Virus record (IMG/VR): IMGVR_UViG_3300020463_001735 | Coordinates: 1-64,000 of that record | Reading direction: 5' to 3' (one strand) | Length of the DNA: 64,000 nt | From: a virus | Part shown: piece by piece, positions 48,101-56,993 of the stretch | How positions within the stretch are numbered: the first letter of the stretch is position 1 | Layout: every line of letters begins with the position of its first letter | Position numbers and translations under genes: made by a program | Notes under the pieces: generated by a model | Told to the model about the DNA's origin: nothing | Database searches by the model: none | What the model saw: only the letters and a program-made list of their open reading frames with translations

Positions 48101-51100
48101 CATCTTTCTGATCATCGTAAGGTGCACTTATTGCAATACTCATTCCGTCATCTGATATTGAAATACTATCTGCAAAACCTATCGTTTTGCTAGGTGCTTC
48201 TATTATCTCATCGAATTCAAAGAAACCATTGTTTACCCTATATACAACAACACCGTTTGGCTTAGATTGATCATATGTAACACTAACAATAAGAACATCA
48301 CCATTTGCATTTACATCAATTGTATTACCAAAAACTCCTAAGGCTTCTTGATTGAGCACTGTACTACCATCTGTACTATCATTAATAACTGAAAGCGTGG
48401 TGTCATTTGGTAAGTATCCAACGTAATCTACAAGATCATCAGTGCTTGTCCAATCACTACTGTTAAAAGCACCTGCGGCTAAATTAGTACGTGCGACCAA
48501 TAAAGAACCGCCTAAATAAACAATATCATTTTCTTTATATGTGCTAGAAGCACTAAACTCACCTTTAAATTTTTTATTTTTTGCAGTATCCCAATCAAAC
48601 GTAACATTATTTTCTATACCTTTTTTATACTGATATATTTTTCCGTTATTACCATCTTGTGATGCATATACAAACAATCTATATAAATCATTGTTTTTAG
48701 CACCTTTTACTGTTGTTCCTAAATATTGATTGCTTGCTCTATATTCGTTAATATAATATCCTACAGGATCATAAGTACCTGAAGGTTTACGTTCAAAAAT
48801 ACTAAACATACCTTCGTACAAAAGATCACTTAGATTATTTTGTGCATCAGCATCTACAGGAATAGCAAATACTTCTTCCCAATCATTACTATCTGGTCCA
48901 GGTAAATTAGGTTGTCTAGGAATACCACTAACTTGTGCTTCGTCATAAAACCAATATTCTGACTCTAGTAAAATACTTTGTACTGTCAAAGGAATATTAG
49001 CACTATTTTGAAATACTAAAAACTTTCCTATACCAAACGGAGCATACGAAAATCCTACTGCATCAATTTGCCCAAATACACGATCTCCTTGATATATTGG
49101 ATCGGCTCTACTAAGATCACCAATAAATTCTATTTCAACATTATCACCGTAATCGTTACCTAAACTAAATGTTCCATTTGTGTTTTTTACAAAGATAACA
49201 CCATTTGATCCGTCTCGTATGTAAAATACAACGTCTGCTTCTGCTCCTGTACCTAGATCTCTTACACGTAAAGCATCGCCACCACCTAAAACTTTTGGTT
49301 CAAAAACATTACCGGTGGCCGGATCGGTCTTTGTAAAATTAAATTTTATATATCCATCCCAAACATCATACACTGTTTGTTCTTTATTTGTTATTGTTGT
49401 AGTTAATCCAATATCATTTATATTTTTATATGTGTTATCACTCCATCTAGGCAGCTGATCTATAAAAAGATTAATTTTACTACCAGCACTAATATTATCG
49501 GTTAAAGTTTTAGGAGATTTCATTACGTATAAGTCACTTAACAAAGGATTGGTTGTTCCACCTGCTCCTGGTGCACCTTGATTAGTAAGTGTTCTAATAT
49601 AGCTTCCTATTGTATTTTCACTGTTTATTGTGCTATCATCGTCTACATCTAATATATTAAAATATCTTCTATTTTGATTTGTTTGACCGCTTGGAGTAAA
49701 ATCTTCGTATATCAAACCTTTACCGCTATCTCCTAAAGAGCTTTCGGTAGGGCCAGTGTTATAACTTTGTCCAGCGTTTATTACCCAGTAACCTCCCCAT
49801 TGTGCAGTGTAATCTGCGGCATCACTCTGTAATTTTTTCTCATATTCTCCTACAAAGTCACCGTTATTTAAAAATAGACTACCTGTGGCTGGAAAAGTTC
49901 CATTAACATCTTTCATATATATAGCTACTCTAGCTAGTTCATTGTATTTGTAAGCCACTGTACCGATAGCACCAGTGGTTTCTAAAATATCTCCTACTAT
50001 AGGCACATTAGTTGCGGCATCAACATATAATACTGCATCTACTTTATAAATAATCGGATGTTCTCCTGTTATAAAGTCTGTGCCAACTATGGGATTATAT
50101 ATACTATTAAAAGGTGCAATATCTTGTATAGAACTTTTATTTTGATAAGCATTAGATCTTTGATTCCATTTTAAACTAATTGTATCACCAATTTTTGAAC
50201 CCTCGTATTGATTAAACGGAGCTCTTACTATTACATGATCTGTAGCTGTATTTGTAAAAGGATAATTACCAGTTGCTAGAACAACAGGCGCATCATCTGT
50301 TTCAGCTGTAAGTCCTAGAGCTAGTCTTATCTGTGTCACACTTGCAAAACTTTGAAAATCAATAGACGCTTCTGCGCCTTGTATGCCAACACCTGCTTTC
50401 CATATACTATTAGCATATTTTACAATGTCATTTTTAAGATAATTAGTTGTTGTAATAAATTCATCTTGATATCTAGTTTTTACTTTTGATGCATGAGGAG
50501 ATCCTACGTAAATATATTTTCCATCTTCACTTACATCTACACTTGCACCAAATCTTTCTTTGTCCATAGCCGCGCCAGCTAAAGGTACTAATTCTGCAAT
50601 CAAAATAAAATTATTGCCTTGGCTGGATCTATTGTACACATTTACTTTTCCATTATCATAATCAGGTAACCCTACAGCAAGAACTGTATTCCGTTTGTTT
50701 ACTGCAATACTACTTGCAAAATTATGTAATGCACTATCGTCACCGCTTTGATTTTCTACAGTCTGTTGTAAACTATAGTCTCTAGAATTTTTTACAACAG
50801 CCCACTTATCATCTGCAGCTTTGTCTATCCAAAGAATATCTCCATCTTGTAAATTAGCTTGTGCAATCTTGTTTGCATCATCAACGTTAGAAGCCCTCAC
50901 TTTTACAAAATTTGTTATATAACCAACACAACTTGCTATGTCCTCTATTTCTTCATCTGTATCATTTATCAGTGTAATTTTATCACCTGTTACAGATTTT
51001 ACTTTATAAAATCCATCTATACCAGTAACATCAAATACTCCTATAATATCGTCAACAGCTACACTACGGAATGTTTCTTTTAGATTCAAAGTAAAGTCAT

Positions 51101-54100
51101 CTGTACCACCTGTAACGCTAGTAATAGCATTTGTTGTATTTGAATATTTGTATACACTCCAGGATAAGTTATCCGTTCCTACCCATACATAATCTCCTTG
51201 CCGCAAATTTTCAAATGTTAAATTTACAATATCATCATATGTTGAAGATATAACTTTTACATCATCTAAATCTACATAGCCTGCATTTCTTACATATGTA
51301 TCTTCTATGTATTTTGTTGGAAAAGGAGCATGTGTGTAATTATCAGTCTTTTGATATACTTCAAAAGGACGTATTTTATACACAAGGTCTGTAGAAGCAC
51401 TATCAATAGTTTCAACAAGTTCTATTGGTTGAGGAGCAAGTCTAAATGAACTTTCATCTAGAATATAATCAACTTCCTGGAATGACTCTACAGCGCCGTA
51501 CTGGCCGTCCTTGATTGCCCATTCTTCATAAAATTGCAAACTATCTTTATCAGCACTTGCAAGGGCATCAAACATTTTAGTGAGAGAATTTTTCGTTCCT
51601 TTATCTTGTAACATGCCTTGATAAAATTTATATTGACTTACGTCATCATTTATAATATTTTCTAAATACTTACGCTTTTGATATCCTATCAGATGTTGAG
51701 CAAGTCTTTGTTGCTCTACATCAAAATTATCGCTATCTAAATCATAAAAATCTGTAAACTGGATTGCTTTATAATCCCAATTAGAATATAATCCACCTAC
51801 AGGTTTGTCAGTGAGCCTATTCCATTGCTTATCAATAAATGTTTCTGTGCCGGGTATCTTTTGATCGGCTGCATAATAAAATTCTTTATACTTTACAATG
51901 GCTCCTATATCATAATCTACCCAAGATTCCCATTGAACAATTTTTGCTCCGTCGTAAAAGAAACCAGGAATACTAATGCTGCCGTTCCATTCATCTGTTC
52001 TATAACCAGCAACCTTTATACGTTCTTGTCTGTATCCAGGTTCTTGATCATAAATTACATCACCAAACACTGTGCGGTTATCTAATAACACAACATGTTC
52101 CTTTTGAACTAGAGGTAATGTTACAGCGTATATTCCGTCTGCTGTATTCCTTGTTTGTATGTAGAATTCATTTGGATTTTCTCTGCCCACTGCTAAATAT
52201 TCAGAATTTAATTTTTTACCATCAGCTTTTACCAAACTGTATCCGTAAATTGTTTCATACACATTTGCAACTACACTATATTCACTTATAAATTTTAAGT
52301 ATTGAGCTGCAGGTGATAATGTAATTAAAGTACCATTATCCCATCTTTGTGTAGACCAAAACATAAATTGTTTTGCACTATATTTCCAGTCTTGTACAAC
52401 TGCCTCATTGCCTTCATAATTATCAAATACAAAACCTTGTTCTTCTAACCAGGATCCGTAACCTATCATAAAATCAACAACTTCTTGTAATGTGTCAAAC
52501 GTAGTCCCGTATTCGACTTCTTTTATAATATCTCTGTTATAAAGTTTAGCAAAACTAGCTCTTACACCGCCGGTCATAGGTAATTCTGCTAACTTTACAG
52601 TTTTATCTCCATCTAGTGTAACTCCACTAGTATGGGACTCTGTAACTCTATAATATGCACTTTGAAATTCAACAATATATCCTTTTTCATAATACTTGTC
52701 AGAGGCCCATTTTAGAAAGTCTTCACTTATTCCTCCAATAGTTATTACAGGATCTTTTTGTTGTTTTATGACAGGATGGGTTTTAAAGGTTGCACTTGTA
52801 TTGCTATATCCCTTTACTGTAAATCCTCCTATTACTTTTTCTACAATGACTCCAGAATATGCAACAGTTTTTACAGGTGTACTTGTATTTAAAAATATTT
52901 CATAATTTTCATTTGGTATGAAAACATTACCTTCATTCGTTGGACTTCTACTATCAAGTATTAATTTAAATTTTGCCTTTTCTGTAAAAGCACCTATTTT
53001 TAATCCAATGTTGTTTTGTATAGATGATATGTTATTTTTATAATCTTCAAAACTTGTAGTCACATCAAGAAACATATAATCTGCAACATAGTTTACAAAT
53101 CCACTTGTGTATGTTTGTGCAATATCGGAAGTAGATGCAGGATAAACAATTTTATCTAGTTCTATCTGTTTACCAGTATCTTTGTATACTAATACACCTG
53201 CTACATTCCTTATCTGTCTTTGTCTATCAAAAGCAGTAGCAAACATTTTTGATGGACAATTTAAAATGCAACTACTAATCAAACTAAATGGATACTCGCT
53301 TGACCTGCGCCAAGCACTTTCTACAGGTGCTCCGTCACCAAATTTAAAATTATCTTCTATACCTGTGCTTGTAAATCCTTGTGCATACCCACTAGCAAGT
53401 GGACTCAATAGTTCTCCGTTAGGACCAGATGGTATGTGATTAGTTAAACCTGGACGTTTGTATTCATCTACAAATTTAGCAACCTTGTTCGGTTCGGCTA
53501 TTTTTCCTTTTTCTATATCTTGCCACATCACTAAGTTATCACCAGTGTAAGGTGCTGGACCATAATTAGTTTCCCACCATGTAGGTTTAACACTGAAGCC
53601 TAACATTTCCCAAGGATGTGTGTGAGGACGATCTGTGTCATATGCAACCATATATACTTGTCTCCAATAGCCTGGAAGAACTTTGCCAGAGGGACTCTGC
53701 ATTGATTCGTAATTAAAAGTAAAAGTATCTGATCTAACAAAATTATTTTTTGTATATTCAGTATCAGCTATTTTAGTCCATTCTATAAAATCACTTAGCA
53801 TTGCTTTATCTAAATTTACTTTAGGAGTATCAACAACTCTACGGTCACCTTCGATATAGTCTGTCAAATCAAAAACAGTTGTATCGTAAGACATTTTTAA
53901 ATTATTATAAATTCTATTTTCTAATTCTAGTAATAAATTATCTCTGTAATCGCCATATGCTTTTATAATACTACCATCATGTCCTTGGATTACATCTACT
54001 GTAGTTCTATATGTTGTATCTGTAAACTTAATTGGTTCATAACTTGGATATAATCCTAACTTAGTAGGAGTTGCTGGCACATAACTACCATTTGTGTTTT

Positions 54101-56993
54101 CATATTCATATATGGAGACAATATCGTTTTCTGCCTTTGTGGCTGTAATAACAACAAATCCTTCTGTGTTAAATGTATAATCTTTTCCGTGAGTCAATTG
54201 TACTCCATTAAGATATACTGTAACTGCTTTTTTATCTAATATAGTTTTATCAAATACTTGACTTAAAGCAAAAAAAGTGTTATTAGGATCTTCTATCTCA
54301 TATCTTAATTCTTTTGCTGCTCCTAATGGAACCATATCGCTAAAGAAAAACGGATTTGTTTCAGTTTTACTTTTATTCATTTCAGTAAAAATTAAATCAA
54401 CATGTGTTTTTACGTCGCCTTCAAAACCTAATGTCTCCGCAACTTGCATAAATCTGCGTTTAAATTTACCATATTCTTTTCTTGCAAATTTAACACTGTT
54501 AATAACATTGCTTTCGTTGTTGGTCAAATGATAAAGAGAATGATTTATTAAACCACTGTGTTTAACAAATCTGTTTCCATATATTGTAACCTGACCTAAA
54601 TCACGTAAATTACTTTTTCCAGGAAACGCACCGTCAAAATTATCTATCTCTTCAACTATAGTGCTAACATGGTCATTTACCTCACCGAGTGTAAATTCTG
54701 TTATATTCTTGTTTTTTGGATTTCTTTCTAAGTTTATAGGAAATTCATATGTGCCGTTATCATTTTTTTCTGTTGCTGATTTTGTTTTAATTAAAATCAC
54801 ATCATTTACTATTAGATCTTTTGTAAAAACAATTTGTTTTACATTGTTAACATCTTGTGTAGTAGTGTAATCCACACCTTGTTTTTGAATGTCATTATTT
54901 TTATAGACACGCAACCATAAGTCTGTTAATTTTGAACTTTCATTGTATTGATCAATATTAAATTCTGTTTGTGAGCCGTCATAAACATACTGTCTTTCTA
55001 CTTTTTGTGTGCTTAGTGTTGCGGCTTTTTTATATCCTGTTTCAAATGTAAAACTATCTATTGTTGAATATTTTTTTAAAAATGCAACATCAGAATTTAT
55101 ATCAACTAGACTGTTTTCAGTCTGGTATGTAAAAGTTTGTCCTAGTAGGTCAAAGTCAAAAAGTATATCACCACTATTAGTAATATTTCTATATGACAAT
55201 GCAAATCCTAGTTCAGTGTCATTTGCTCCTAATCCTTGTTTGTATGAAAATAATTTATTGCCTGTAAAGTTGCTTGAAGAGTATACTGTTTTATCTCCAT
55301 AACTTTTTCCATCTTTGTCAGATAGATCAAATAAAGGACTTACGTTTACATTTGTTTTATCTTGTCCGTTTTTCCATTGAGTACCATTATAGAAAAACAT
55401 TTTACCTTTATATACATCGCCTTGTCTAACTAGCACAGTTTCGTTTTCTATCGCATCTGTATCTGTTTCATCCACTAATGCAATTTGTGTTACACCTTGA
55501 AACGAAATAAATTTTACTTTAAAAATTTTACCATAAACACGTTCGTCTGTATCTCCTAAGAAAAGTATTCTCATACCTTCCGAAAGATCTATGTTATCAA
55601 TATTATATCCTGTTGAACCTTCAATTGTTGATCTAACATCAGAAGTAAAAATATCTACTAGGTCTACGTCTGTTTTATTTTTTGTACCAAAATCAAAAAG
55701 TTTTATACCTGCCTCAAATTCTATAATAGGTCTACTTGCTCTATTTGTTTGATCTACTTCTATAGGTTGATTGTTTATAGATGCACTTTTTTCAATCACA
55801 TCTCGATGAAACCAACGATTATATCTACTCCATAAGTTTCCGTCTATTGCACTTCTGTTAATTAAAATGTAATCTCTTGTAAGTGGATATCCTATGCTCT
55901 GTCCAAAAGGTAATCTATCAAATGCTCCATCATCAAAAGGATTTGTTATATTTGTTGTAAATGTTGTAGGTACATCCAATGCATCTTCTTTAATTAATTT
56001 AATTGCATTTCCTACACCTTCTACATAATATTCTCCTTCGGCGTATGTACTAGGTGTTACGTTACCAATAAAATAAATCTTCATTCCGTTTGTAAGTTCA
56101 AAACCATTTCCTGTTTTATATGTTTTTTTACCTACAACTTCAGCATCTACATCTATTTTTGTTGCTTCTTCTATGTTATAAACTTCTATCACTCCACTAC
56201 TTCCAGGATCATTATCGCTAAGATAATAAATTACGTCTGGGGTACTTTGATCAAGTTTAAATTCTATCACACCTTTATCTGTTGCGTCGGATGAGTCTTG
56301 TATAATATTAAATGTTGGATCCTCTACACGCTTACTCCTAAATACTAAAGGTAATCCAGGAGCATCAACTTCAAATCTATATGTTATGCCTCTATACAAT
56401 TTTAATGTTGGATTTGGTGTTTTTCCATCAGGTGAAAATACATATGATCGATTGTCAAGATTTTCTTGAGCTGTAACAGTGTAAGTACTAACTACATCTA
56501 TAGTTTGTCCAGCAACCGGTACACTTTGCGGCCCGGTAGGCAACCAGTAGTATTCTCTAAAGTTTACAAATTTATCCCAATCAATATGCGGATCCCAAGC
56601 ATAATATTCTTGTGCATTTAGTTTGGCATGATTTTTATTGGCACCGTTAAAGTTTCCTATTTGATTTACATAATCATTATAATCTTTATAGTAGGTTGTG
56701 TTTCCTAAAGTATCTTTAATTAAACTAGCAGGTTCAAATTGATAGTCTTCACGCTGTTTTGATACATCGCCAACATAATTATCATCAGCTGTATATGCAT
56801 TTGTAATTTTTCTTCCGTAGTAACCATTTACCTTTTCAGCTACGCCGGGGCGAATCATTTGATCAAATGTTGCACTTAAAAATTTTCTATTATATCTTGA
56901 TCTAAAATATTTAGGTAAATGATTAATACTAGAACGTTTAATAGGCTTGTCTGCAGGAAGTGCAGGATCGTTTTGATTATCGTCGTAAGCCAT
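42126..56993 (-). CDS. giant (4955 aa) baseplate/virion structural protein
   Basis: Uninterrupted ORF downstream of the gp6-like gene; FG-GAP-like propeller blades, CBM5/12-like repeats, GxGY repeats, GDGST repeats, VKPFKTKLRE motif. Confidence 0.8.
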   Translation of the reverse strand: MAYDDNQNDPALPADKPIKRSSINHLPKYFRSRYNRKFLSATFDQMIRPGVAEKVNGYYGRKITNAYTADDNYVGDVSKQREDYQFEPASLIKDTLGNTTYYKDYNDYVNQIGNFNGANKNHAKLNAQEYYAWDPHIDWDKFVNFREYYWLPTGPQSVPVAGQTIDVVSTYTVTAQENLDNRSYVFSPDGKTPNPTLKLYRGITYRFEVDAPGLPLVFRSKRVEDPTFNIIQDSSDATDKGVIEFKLDQSTPDVIYYLSDNDPGSSGVIEVYNIEEATKIDVDAEVVGKKTYKTGNGFELTNGMKIYFIGNVTPSTYAEGEYYVEGVGNAIKLIKEDALDVPTTFTTNITNPFDDGAFDRLPFGQSIGYPLTRDYILINRSAIDGNLWSRYNRWFHRDVIEKSASINNQPIEVDQTNRASRPIIEFEAGIKLFDFGTKNKTDVDLVDIFTSDVRSTIEGSTGYNIDNIDLSEGMRILFLGDTDERVYGKIFKVKFISFQGVTQIALVDETDTDAIENETVLVRQGDVYKGKMFFYNGTQWKNGQDKTNVNVSPLFDLSDKDGKSYGDKTVYSSSNFTGNKLFSYKQGLGANDTELGFALSYRNITNSGDILFDFDLLGQTFTYQTENSLVDINSDVAFLKKYSTIDSFTFETGYKKAATLSTQKVERQYVYDGSQTEFNIDQYNESSKLTDLWLRVYKNNDIQKQGVDYTTTQDVNNVKQIVFTKDLIVNDVILIKTKSATEKNDNGTYEFPINLERNPKNKNITEFTLGEVNDHVSTIVEEIDNFDGAFPGKSNLRDLGQVTIYGNRFVKHSGLINHSLYHLTNNESNVINSVKFARKEYGKFKRRFMQVAETLGFEGDVKTHVDLIFTEMNKSKTETNPFFFSDMVPLGAAKELRYEIEDPNNTFFALSQVFDKTILDKKAVTVYLNGVQLTHGKDYTFNTEGFVVITATKAENDIVSIYEYENTNGSYVPATPTKLGLYPSYEPIKFTDTTYRTTVDVIQGHDGSIIKAYGDYRDNLLLELENRIYNNLKMSYDTTVFDLTDYIEGDRRVVDTPKVNLDKAMLSDFIEWTKIADTEYTKNNFVRSDTFTFNYESMQSPSGKVLPGYWRQVYMVAYDTDRPHTHPWEMLGFSVKPTWWETNYGPAPYTGDNLVMWQDIEKGKIAEPNKVAKFVDEYKRPGLTNHIPSGPNGELLSPLASGYAQGFTSTGIEDNFKFGDGAPVESAWRRSSEYPFSLISSCILNCPSKMFATAFDRQRQIRNVAGVLVYKDTGKQIELDKIVYPASTSDIAQTYTSGFVNYVADYMFLDVTTSFEDYKNNISSIQNNIGLKIGAFTEKAKFKLILDSRSPTNEGNVFIPNENYEIFLNTSTPVKTVAYSGVIVEKVIGGFTVKGYSNTSATFKTHPVIKQQKDPVITIGGISEDFLKWASDKYYEKGYIVEFQSAYYRVTESHTSGVTLDGDKTVKLAELPMTGGVRASFAKLYNRDIIKEVEYGTTFDTLQEVVDFMIGYGSWLEEQGFVFDNYEGNEAVVQDWKYSAKQFMFWSTQRWDNGTLITLSPAAQYLKFISEYSVVANVYETIYGYSLVKADGKKLNSEYLAVGRENPNEFYIQTRNTADGIYAVTLPLVQKEHVVLLDNRTVFGDVIYDQEPGYRQERIKVAGYRTDEWNGSISIPGFFYDGAKIVQWESWVDYDIGAIVKYKEFYYAADQKIPGTETFIDKQWNRLTDKPVGGLYSNWDYKAIQFTDFYDLDSDNFDVEQQRLAQHLIGYQKRKYLENIINDDVSQYKFYQGMLQDKGTKNSLTKMFDALASADKDSLQFYEEWAIKDGQYGAVESFQEVDYILDESSFRLAPQPIELVETIDSASTDLVYKIRPFEVYQKTDNYTHAPFPTKYIEDTYVRNAGYVDLDDVKVISSTYDDIVNLTFENLRQGDYVWVGTDNLSWSVYKYSNTTNAITSVTGGTDDFTLNLKETFRSVAVDDIIGVFDVTGIDGFYKVKSVTGDKITLINDTDEEIEDIASCVGYITNFVKVRASNVDDANKIAQANLQDGDILWIDKAADDKWAVVKNSRDYSLQQTVENQSGDDSALHNFASSIAVNKRNTVLAVGLPDYDNGKVNVYNRSSQGNNFILIAELVPLAGAAMDKERFGASVDVSEDGKYIYVGSPHASKVKTRYQDEFITTTNYLKNDIVKYANSIWKAGVGIQGAEASIDFQSFASVTQIRLALGLTAETDDAPVVLATGNYPFTNTATDHVIVRAPFNQYEGSKIGDTISLKWNQRSNAYQNKSSIQDIAPFNSIYNPIVGTDFITGEHPIIYKVDAVLYVDAATNVPIVGDILETTGAIGTVAYKYNELARVAIYMKDVNGTFPATGSLFLNNGDFVGEYEKKLQSDAADYTAQWGGYWVINAGQSYNTGPTESSLGDSGKGLIYEDFTPSGQTNQNRRYFNILDVDDDSTINSENTIGSYIRTLTNQGAPGAGGTTNPLLSDLYVMKSPKTLTDNISAGSKINLFIDQLPRWSDNTYKNINDIGLTTTITNKEQTVYDVWDGYIKFNFTKTDPATGNVFEPKVLGGGDALRVRDLGTGAEADVVFYIRDGSNGVIFVKNTNGTFSLGNDYGDNVEIEFIGDLSRADPIYQGDRVFGQIDAVGFSYAPFGIGKFLVFQNSANIPLTVQSILLESEYWFYDEAQVSGIPRQPNLPGPDSNDWEEVFAIPVDADAQNNLSDLLYEGMFSIFERKPSGTYDPVGYYINEYRASNQYLGTTVKGAKNNDLYRLFVYASQDGNNGKIYQYKKGIENNVTFDWDTAKNKKFKGEFSASSTYKENDIVYLGGSLLVARTNLAAGAFNSSDWTSTDDLVDYVGYLPNDTTLSVINDSTDGSTVLNQEALGVFGNTIDVNANGDVLIVSVTYDQSKPNGVVVYRVNNGFFEFDEIIEAPSKTIGFADSISISDDGMSIAISAPYDDQKDADQGIVYIYRQQNGKFVLDQNLYSPKNERAEQFGTTVSYTGNVLAVGSKNADSIFESTIDVFSIKKIGSAYTNDPTSPPTGSPTTFDNSFTKFRKTNVDDGVVYVYENLNGKLLYADIIQLNNANVDYFGRNVEARGNHVYVGLPRLETASKLGAFVDYSIQGSVYDNIRTPKDPVDLNKIKKVILYDTKTKELLAYLDYIDVLQGKIAGVAEQELRYKTYYDPATYTTGTNVVVDNLNTWGTEQVGQLWWDLNNAKFLNPYQNDVTYSTNNWNKLFSGASIDVYEWIESTLTPELWNAQADTNDGLSQGISGQAKSTTNYVLKKVYDSISQSSVDKYFYWVKDKKTIPNNEFRNESAFNTAQLITDPYSYGYKFVSFFSNNQFAINNCDTLISGKDVAISVQYYTLDNQDTNVHNQYQILTDGLASSKPNRDIERKWFDSLIGYDTNNRPVPDTTLGAKKKYGILNTPRQSIFVNSTEAMKQTIERVNSVLIKNLIVENKNLTGLDYKEDFPSTISRLYDTSVDTFAEIELIGVAKSKQAILTPVIEDGKIVRVTITDPGRGYLVSPTYTIRGDSGEGADFTFTIDNAGQITTVVVNNQGQNYEDATTIEVRKFAALVKADETINGKWSIYERLSETNSWNRIKSQAYNTTLYWEYADWYATGVNETIDIDYLIDYSYQLEPLNDSVGDIVKISTIGTGGWLLLQKIDEQITTDYTVNYKTIGRQNGTIQFKRGLYDVTANLNGFDSISFDVQFYDAQPTVEQRRIFEVIRDDIFTVELEEEYNQLFFASIRYAFSEQPYIDWAFKTSFVKAQHNVGTLREDITFNNDNLPSYEDYLEEVKPFKTKLREYLSSYEKIEPTNTVITDFDLAPRYVEGRGIQPHPSQVLQDMIVGTESDITTYPYRHWLDNASYEIKSVNIYDGGSKYTEPPVITAVGGGGTGAKFKSYLGVNGKIVKIEVVNEGSGYIGAPTLDINGSNPDGTDAKISAVIGHQTVRSFLTRVKFDRISSSFIITKLNESESFVGTGSKYVFDLKWPIDVKPANIKITVGGTELLNSQYTYTNLQDNTKSYVRFKGRITLDTPPADTKAITIEYKKDPDLLVAQDRVNLLYDPTTGMLGKDISQVMDGIDYGGVEVKSFGFENQGGFDAEGWFTGKWDTYDDTYEDEVFNFDGSTLLIELSKPLESGVEYNVYKNNVRIDDPNYDGSTFIENSNAIIETLVGDGSLKILNLDNLGIKVADGDTLVIRKKTSDGSFLADPNGYDTLIEGGDFPYTTASGLSAEDITVDGDGFVTPTTSKGPEEIIPGQVLDTVDIQVYERPTGGSSNIRSFNYLGDGSTKTFAIGQNIAFNNNLFLKVGNEIKTKEDYIFSIDRKSIILDVAPTANTKVNIITLDVAGKNVLDYGTFVGDGSTIDYLTNIRWTENMTHYATIDGVTQDTLLIKSDDSAHDMPGNVVIRFATPVANDKIINFGIFEGTTQNYSAVQIDTFIGDGSSLTYTLEKTPFSGTPSQHNTIVKVNNTILTAGYSQHFAVSDVREYRLDLWQVPLGTFNHQDLLVYLNDIELTYGVQWNYVSAGEFDISSVPDQQIGSTITLLPGVGETGDTLRVYAIKDGQYAYGYWDSAGEFISTPGTIYMDNVYESSDIITVYTFNNDEAQGIERQEFDIVERTKLTQGSASWYNLRHLRNGLIELRKPATDAQYVWVVKNGILLTPSVDYFVTDNKKYIKIAYDLLENDTIDIIHFADPPLIQKFGWRQFKDILNRTHYKRLTGAENILLVRDLYPWDKTIEVENGDKLPQPNDNPDMPSIIFIEGERIEYFVRDGNTLKQLRRATMGTGAKDVYKEGTEIYQQGIDQNIPYKDETITLTLDGDGTTTDFQLDWTPTSVNEFEVFVAGKRMRKNSIDSYTFETVDGSGNTVSAPQMDSPEGDQTLPPEFTVSGTTLSLAQSAPENSKVIIIRKQGRTWSDLGTQLSKAKGNIARFLRNSTTDLPR

